A stretch of 64,000 bases of DNA from Flavobacteriales bacterium (GTDB taxonomy: Bacteria; Bacteroidota; Bacteroidia; CAIKAF01), in the NCBI GenBank assembly GCA_025451295.1, contig JANWKQ010000168.1, positions 911-64,910 on the forward strand, in the 5' to 3' direction. The notes beneath the pieces are model-generated. The model was not told the DNA's origin. It saw only the letters and a list, made by a program, of their open reading frames with translations, and searched no databases. The position numbers and the translations under genes were made by a program. The first letter of the stretch is position 1; each line of letters begins with the position of its first letter. Of this stretch, positions 59,933 to 64,000 are shown piece by piece.

Positions 59933-60880
59933 ATGCTCATGTGGAGAAAAATTGAAGAGAAAGCAGGGCATTTATATATTCAACAAAAAATTCGTGGATT
60001 TTGTCATCTCTATGTTGGACAGGAAGCAGTAGTTGCTGGATCAGCCTCAGCTATTCGTCCTGATGATAATATGATTACGGGTTATAGAAATCACGTTCAT
60101 CCATTGTCAAAAGGGATGCATCCGAAATACATGATGGCTGAATTATTTGGAAAATCAACAGGGTGTTCCAAAGGGAATGGTGGTTCGATGCACATGTTCA
60201 GCAAGGAATTAAGATTTTTTGGAGGACATGGTATTGTAGGTGGACAAATTCCGCTGGGTGCAGGTCTTGCATTCGGAGATAAATTTGCAGGGAACGATCG
60301 CATCACACTTTGTTATATGGGTGATGGTGCTGTAAGACAAGGTGCCTTGCATGAAACATTTAATCTCGCCATGTTGTGGAAACTACCTGTGATATTTATT
60401 ATCGAAAATAATATGTATGCGATGGGAACTTCCGTTGAAAGAAGTTCGAATGTACATGATCTGTATAAGCTGGGAGCTGCTTATGAAATGCCAAGTTTCC
60501 AGGTGGATGGAATGAAACCAGAAACCATGCATGATGCCGTAGTTGAAGCAGCAACGAGAGCCAGAAAAGGAGACGGACCTACTTTATTGGAGGTAAAAAC
60601 ATATCGCTATAAAGGACATTCAATGAGTGATCCTCAAAAATACCGAAGTAAAGAAGAGGTAGAAGATTATAAGGAGGAAGATCCGATCTTATGGACCTTA
60701 AGTGTGATCCAGAAAAATAAATGGGCAACAGAGAAAGAAATTGATGCGATTGAGGAAAGGGTGAATGCATTGGTGGAAGAGAGTGTGAAGTTTGCAGAAG
60801 AATCTCCATTTCCGGATGCATCGGAATTGTACAAACAAGTTTATATTGAAGAAAATTATCCGTTTATACGGGAAGATTAA
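59933..60880 (+). CDS. pdhA: pyruvate dehydrogenase E1 alpha subunit (TPP-dependent); in-frame TAA upstream truncates the conserved N-terminus
   Basis: TPP-binding motifs (GDGA…N). A 14-codon ORF (59852, MAKETLAPAVKSKT) is followed by TAA at 59894 and then by in-frame FSKEQYLKWYEDM, a motif conserved in PdhA N-termini. Confidence 0.8.
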   Translation: MLMWRKIEEKAGHLYIQQKIRGFCHLYVGQEAVVAGSASAIRPDDNMITGYRNHVHPLSKGMHPKYMMAELFGKSTGCSKGNGGSMHMFSKELRFFGGHGIVGGQIPLGAGLAFGDKFAGNDRITLCYMGDGAVRQGALHETFNLAMLWKLPVIFIIENNMYAMGTSVERSSNVHDLYKLGAAYEMPSFQVDGMKPETMHDAVVEAATRARKGDGPTLLEVKTYRYKGHSMSDPQKYRSKEEVEDYKEEDPILWTLSVIQKNKWATEKEIDAIEERVNALVEESVKFAEESPFPDASELYKQVYIEENYPFIRED

Positions 60881-60902
60881 CCAATAACGAAATTTAGATA
60901 CG

Positions 60903-62147
60903 ATGGCAGAAATCGTTAGAATGCCGAAGCTGAGTGATACAATGACAGAAGGAACTGTCGCAGCCTGGCATAAAAAAGTAGGAGATAAAGTAAAAACCGG
61001 CGATCTGTTAGCCGAAATTGAAACCGACAAGGCCACAATGGAATTTGAAAGTTTCCAGGACGGCGTTTTGCTGTATGTCGGTATTGAAAAAGGTGGCAGT
61101 GCTCCTATTGATTCTATTCTGGCTATTTTAGGGAAAGAAGGCGAAGACTATAAAGCTTTACTTGAAGGAGAAAAATCAAAACCAGCTGCTAACGAGGAAA
61201 AAACGGAAAAGAAGGAAGAAAAGGTGGAAGCATCTTCTTCAGGCAAAACGGAAACTACAACTATTGTAGAAACTGCCATCGCTACTACTGCCATAGCCGC
61301 AACGTCAAATGGCAATGGTCGGATCAAGGCCTCTCCTTTGGCAAAAGCATTGGCAAAAAATAAGGGTGTTAATCTTTCAATGGTAAAAGGAAGTGGTGAC
61401 GGAGGAAGGATCATTAAAAAAGATATTGAGAATTTTAAAGGAGGTGGAAGTGCACTTACTGCCACTGAATCATTTACGGAAGTGGCGGTTTCACAAATGC
61501 GCAAAACCATTGCCCGCCGGTTAACTGAAAGCAAAAATGGTGCACCTCATTTTTACCTTACCATGTCGATCGATATGGACAATGCCATTGCATCGAGAAA
61601 AGCTTATAACGAACTTACCGGGGAAAAGATCTCCTTCAATGATATCGTGATCAAGGCTGTTGCGATGTCGTTAAGAAAAAATCCAAATGTAAATTCTTCA
61701 TGGCTGGGTGATAAGATCAGGTATAATCAGCATATTCATATCGGAGTAGCTGTTGCTATTCCAGATGGTCTCGTGGTTCCGGTTGTGAAATTTGCAGATC
61801 ATAAATCTTTTTCGGAAATATCTACGGAGGTAAGGGCATTGGCTGCTAAAGCCAAGGATAAAAAGATCCAGCCTGCAGATATGGAAGGAAATACGTTTTC
61901 CATATCGAACTTAGGAATGTTCGGTATTGATGAATTTACGGCGATTATTAACCCACCTGATGCCTGCATATTGGCGGTTGGTGGAATCAGTGAGGAACCG
62001 GTGGTAAAGAATGGAGCTGTTGTTCCGGGCAATATCATGAAGGTAACGTTAAGTTGTGATCATCGTGTGGTTGATGGTGCAACCGGTGCAGAATTCTTAC
62101 GTACATTGAAGTTGATGTTAGAAAATCCAGTGTTGATGTTTGTATAA
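60903..62147 (+). CDS. dihydrolipoyllysine-residue acetyltransferase (2-oxo acid dehydrogenase E2)
   Basis: Lipoyl domain (ETDKATME). Ala/Thr-rich linker. E3-binding domain. Catalytic DHRVVDGA. Confidence 0.85.
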   Translation: MAEIVRMPKLSDTMTEGTVAAWHKKVGDKVKTGDLLAEIETDKATMEFESFQDGVLLYVGIEKGGSAPIDSILAILGKEGEDYKALLEGEKSKPAANEEKTEKKEEKVEASSSGKTETTTIVETAIATTAIAATSNGNGRIKASPLAKALAKNKGVNLSMVKGSGDGGRIIKKDIENFKGGGSALTATESFTEVAVSQMRKTIARRLTESKNGAPHFYLTMSIDMDNAIASRKAYNELTGEKISFNDIVIKAVAMSLRKNPNVNSSWLGDKIRYNQHIHIGVAVAIPDGLVVPVVKFADHKSFSEISTEVRALAAKAKDKKIQPADMEGNTFSISNLGMFGIDEFTAIINPPDACILAVGGISEEPVVKNGAVVPGNIMKVTLSCDHRVVDGATGAEFLRTLKLMLENPVLMFV

Positions 62148-62167
62148 TGCAGAACTATGTAGTTTTA

Positions 62168-62467
62168 TTGTTTGATGTAAGTGGGGGAGAGTTTTTGGTA
62201 ATTCTGCTTTTTATTCTCATGTTTTTTGGAAGTAAAAGTATTCCTGATTTGGCCCGTGGGTTAGGAAAAGGATATCGTCAGTTGAAGGATGCCAGCAACA
62301 GCATTAAAAGAGAGATACAGAGCAGCAGTGGAGAAATTGGGTCATTAAAACGACCTTTGGATCAGCATCTGGAAGATATTAATAAAAGTCTGAATGATGT
62401 AGACAAGGATATTAAGAAGGATATGGGAAAACTGGATCAGGATTTAAATGAAGATTTAAATAAGTAA
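62168..62467 (+). CDS. tatA: twin-arginine translocase TatA/E
   Basis: FDVSGGEFLVILLFILMFFGSKSIPDLARGLGKG matches the TatA TM plus amphipathic helix. A TTG start is likely. Confidence 0.7.
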   Translation: MFDVSGGEFLVILLFILMFFGSKSIPDLARGLGKGYRQLKDASNSIKREIQSSSGEIGSLKRPLDQHLEDINKSLNDVDKDIKKDMGKLDQDLNEDLNK

Positions 62468-62471
62468 ATTA

Positions 62472-62960
62472 TTGTTGAGTTTTATGAGGAAAACATGGAT
62501 TGTTGTTTTAATTATTTCTGTCTCCAGTTTTTTTGTGGCCTGTGGTGTTAAATCAGCTTTTAAAAATGAGAATAACGCTTTCGGAAACCCCAAATCAGCT
62601 GCTACAAAATATTTGAAATGTCTGTTGAAAAAAGACTATGACAAAGCGAAGACATTGGCTACTAAAGAAACCGCATCTAATCTGGATATGATGAAAGTGC
62701 TGGGAACGGATTTTGGATTGACAGAAGTAAAAGACGTTAAATGTTTTGTAAATGGGAATACTGCTACCTGTACCTTTTGCTGTACCAAGGATACTTCTTT
62801 TAAGGAGCTGAAGATGATCAATGAGGGTGGCAAATGGCTGGCGCACCAACCCAAAGAAATGCCTCCTATAGATACTACGGCTACTGAGGAGTATAATGAT
62901 GAATATAGTACTCCAAAAACCCCGGAGGATATGGAAAAAAGACGTATGCAAAACCGTTAA
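62472..62960 (+). CDS. lipoprotein, paralog 1 of 3 (NTF2-like small lipoprotein family)
   Basis: Lipobox (FVACG). Conserved ...NAFGNPKS.ATKYL.CL.KKDYDKAKTLAT.ET….ATCTFCCTKDTSFKELKM..EGGKWLAHQPKE. Confidence 0.6.
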   Translation: MLSFMRKTWIVVLIISVSSFFVACGVKSAFKNENNAFGNPKSAATKYLKCLLKKDYDKAKTLATKETASNLDMMKVLGTDFGLTEVKDVKCFVNGNTATCTFCCTKDTSFKELKMINEGGKWLAHQPKEMPPIDTTATEEYNDEYSTPKTPEDMEKRRMQNR

Positions 62961-62972
62961 AATAAAAACAGC

Positions 62973-63446
62973 ATGAAAAAAAGACTTTCAATTATTTCCG
63001 TTGGCCTTATCCTGGTTATCTTGGTTGGATGTGGTGTAAAATTCTCCTTCAACAATAATGAGAATTCCTTTGGGAATCCCAAATCGGTAGCTACCAAATA
63101 TCTAACCTGCCTGATGAAGAAAGACTATGATAAAGCCAAAACGTTGGCTACCCCAGAAACTGCTCAAAACCTTAGTATGATGCAATCCATGGGTGCAGAT
63201 TTTGGACTCACAGTGGTGAAGGATGTAAAATGTATTGTAAGCGGAAATGAAGCCACCTGTACTTTTTGCTGTACAAAAGATACTTCGTTTAAAGAACTTA
63301 AAATGAGAAAAGAAGGAGGAAAATGGTTGGCACATCAACCGAAGGAAACGCCGCCTATTGATAACGAAGATAATAATAGCAATACCGATTACCTTACACC
63401 CAAATCGGCCGAGGACATGGAAAAGAATCGCCAGAAAAACCGTTAA
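62973..63446 (+). CDS. lipoprotein, paralog 2 of 3
   Basis: About 70% identical to its neighbours. Lipobox LVGCG. Confidence 0.6.
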   Translation: MKKRLSIISVGLILVILVGCGVKFSFNNNENSFGNPKSVATKYLTCLMKKDYDKAKTLATPETAQNLSMMQSMGADFGLTVVKDVKCIVSGNEATCTFCCTKDTSFKELKMRKEGGKWLAHQPKETPPIDNEDNNSNTDYLTPKSAEDMEKNRQKNR

Positions 63447-63457
63447 AATAAAACTGT

Positions 63458-63916
63458 ATGAAAAAAAGACTTTCCATTATTTCGATCAGCCTTATCCTGG
63501 TTGTATTGATTGGATGTGGTATGAAATTCTCATTCAACAATAATGAGAATTCTTTTGGGAATCCCAAATCGGTAGCTACAAAATATTTAACCTACCTGAT
63601 GCAGAAGAATTATGACAAGGCTAAAACGATTGCTACCAAAGAAACAGCAGCCAATCTTGATATGATGAATTCCCTGGGGACCGATTTTGGGATCACGGTG
63701 GTAAAGAATGTGGTTTGCAAAGTAAAAAACGATGAAGCTACCTGTACTTTTTGTTGTACGAAGGATACTTCCTTTAAAGAACTTAAGATGAGAAAAGAGG
63801 GAGGTCAATGGCTTGCACATCAACCCAAAGAAACACCACCCTCAAATGACGATAACAATAATTATTCCACACCGAGATCAGCTGAGGAGATTGAAAGAGG
63901 TCGTCAGAACCGTTAA
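63458..63916 (+). CDS. lipoprotein, paralog 3 of 3
   Basis: About 70% identical to its neighbours. Lipobox LIGCG. Confidence 0.6.
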   Translation: MKKRLSIISISLILVVLIGCGMKFSFNNNENSFGNPKSVATKYLTYLMQKNYDKAKTIATKETAANLDMMNSLGTDFGITVVKNVVCKVKNDEATCTFCCTKDTSFKELKMRKEGGQWLAHQPKETPPSNDDNNNYSTPRSAEEIERGRQNR

Positions 63917-64000
63917 GAGAAAAACTACTTTCGTTTGGCCCATTTGATACTTGCTTAAGTGGATCCACTCTTCATTTTAATCTATTGTGCATCAGAATTC

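Noticed and set aside
1-64000. CRISPR arrays, IS elements or transposases, prophage integrase next to tRNA-Phe, rRNA genes
   Set aside because: No regularly spaced direct repeats with unique spacers and no transposase, integrase or rRNA signatures were found on either strand. The dispersed repeats seen are irregular intergenic elements, not CRISPR.

Overview
This is a gene-dense chromosomal segment, probably from a member of Bacteroidota. The evidence is moderate AT-richness, DUF1573 and GldE/CorC-like genes, Spt/CapB-like sphingoid-lipid genes, the yceD-rpmF-plsX-fabH cluster, and TAnnTTTG-like promoter motifs. Most of the window is housekeeping: rlmN, folK, serS, gcvP, mutY, rng, dapD, rlmD, pepA, cdd, pdhA plus the E2 acetyltransferase, fabH/plsX/rpmF/yceD, coaX, tatA and aroK. 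It also holds kynurenine-pathway genes (kynU, kmo), one tRNA-Phe, two sensor kinases (one paired with a LytTR regulator) and many TPR or secreted hypothetical proteins. I found no CRISPR array, IS element, integrase or rRNA.

The observations worth a second look are:
- A dispersed intergenic repeat family of about 100-150 bp, in at least three clear copies and one degenerate copy.
- Single in-frame TAA codons interrupting otherwise conserved pdxA and pdhA reading frames, about 2.7 kb apart.
- An islet of three small secreted low-complexity proteins: a duplicated LTXXQ/Spy-CpxP-like protein, a very basic protein, and a His/Cys/Lys-rich protein.
- A secreted tandem Tudor-like protein.
- Heptanucleotide tandem repeats at two loci.
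- A 41-codon basic ORF missed by the ORF track.
- An orphan terminator in a 500-bp intergenic region.
- A GC-rich repeat element upstream of pdhA.
- A triplicated lipoprotein array at the window end.

Coordinates of non-CDS features were counted by hand and may be off by 1-3 nt.
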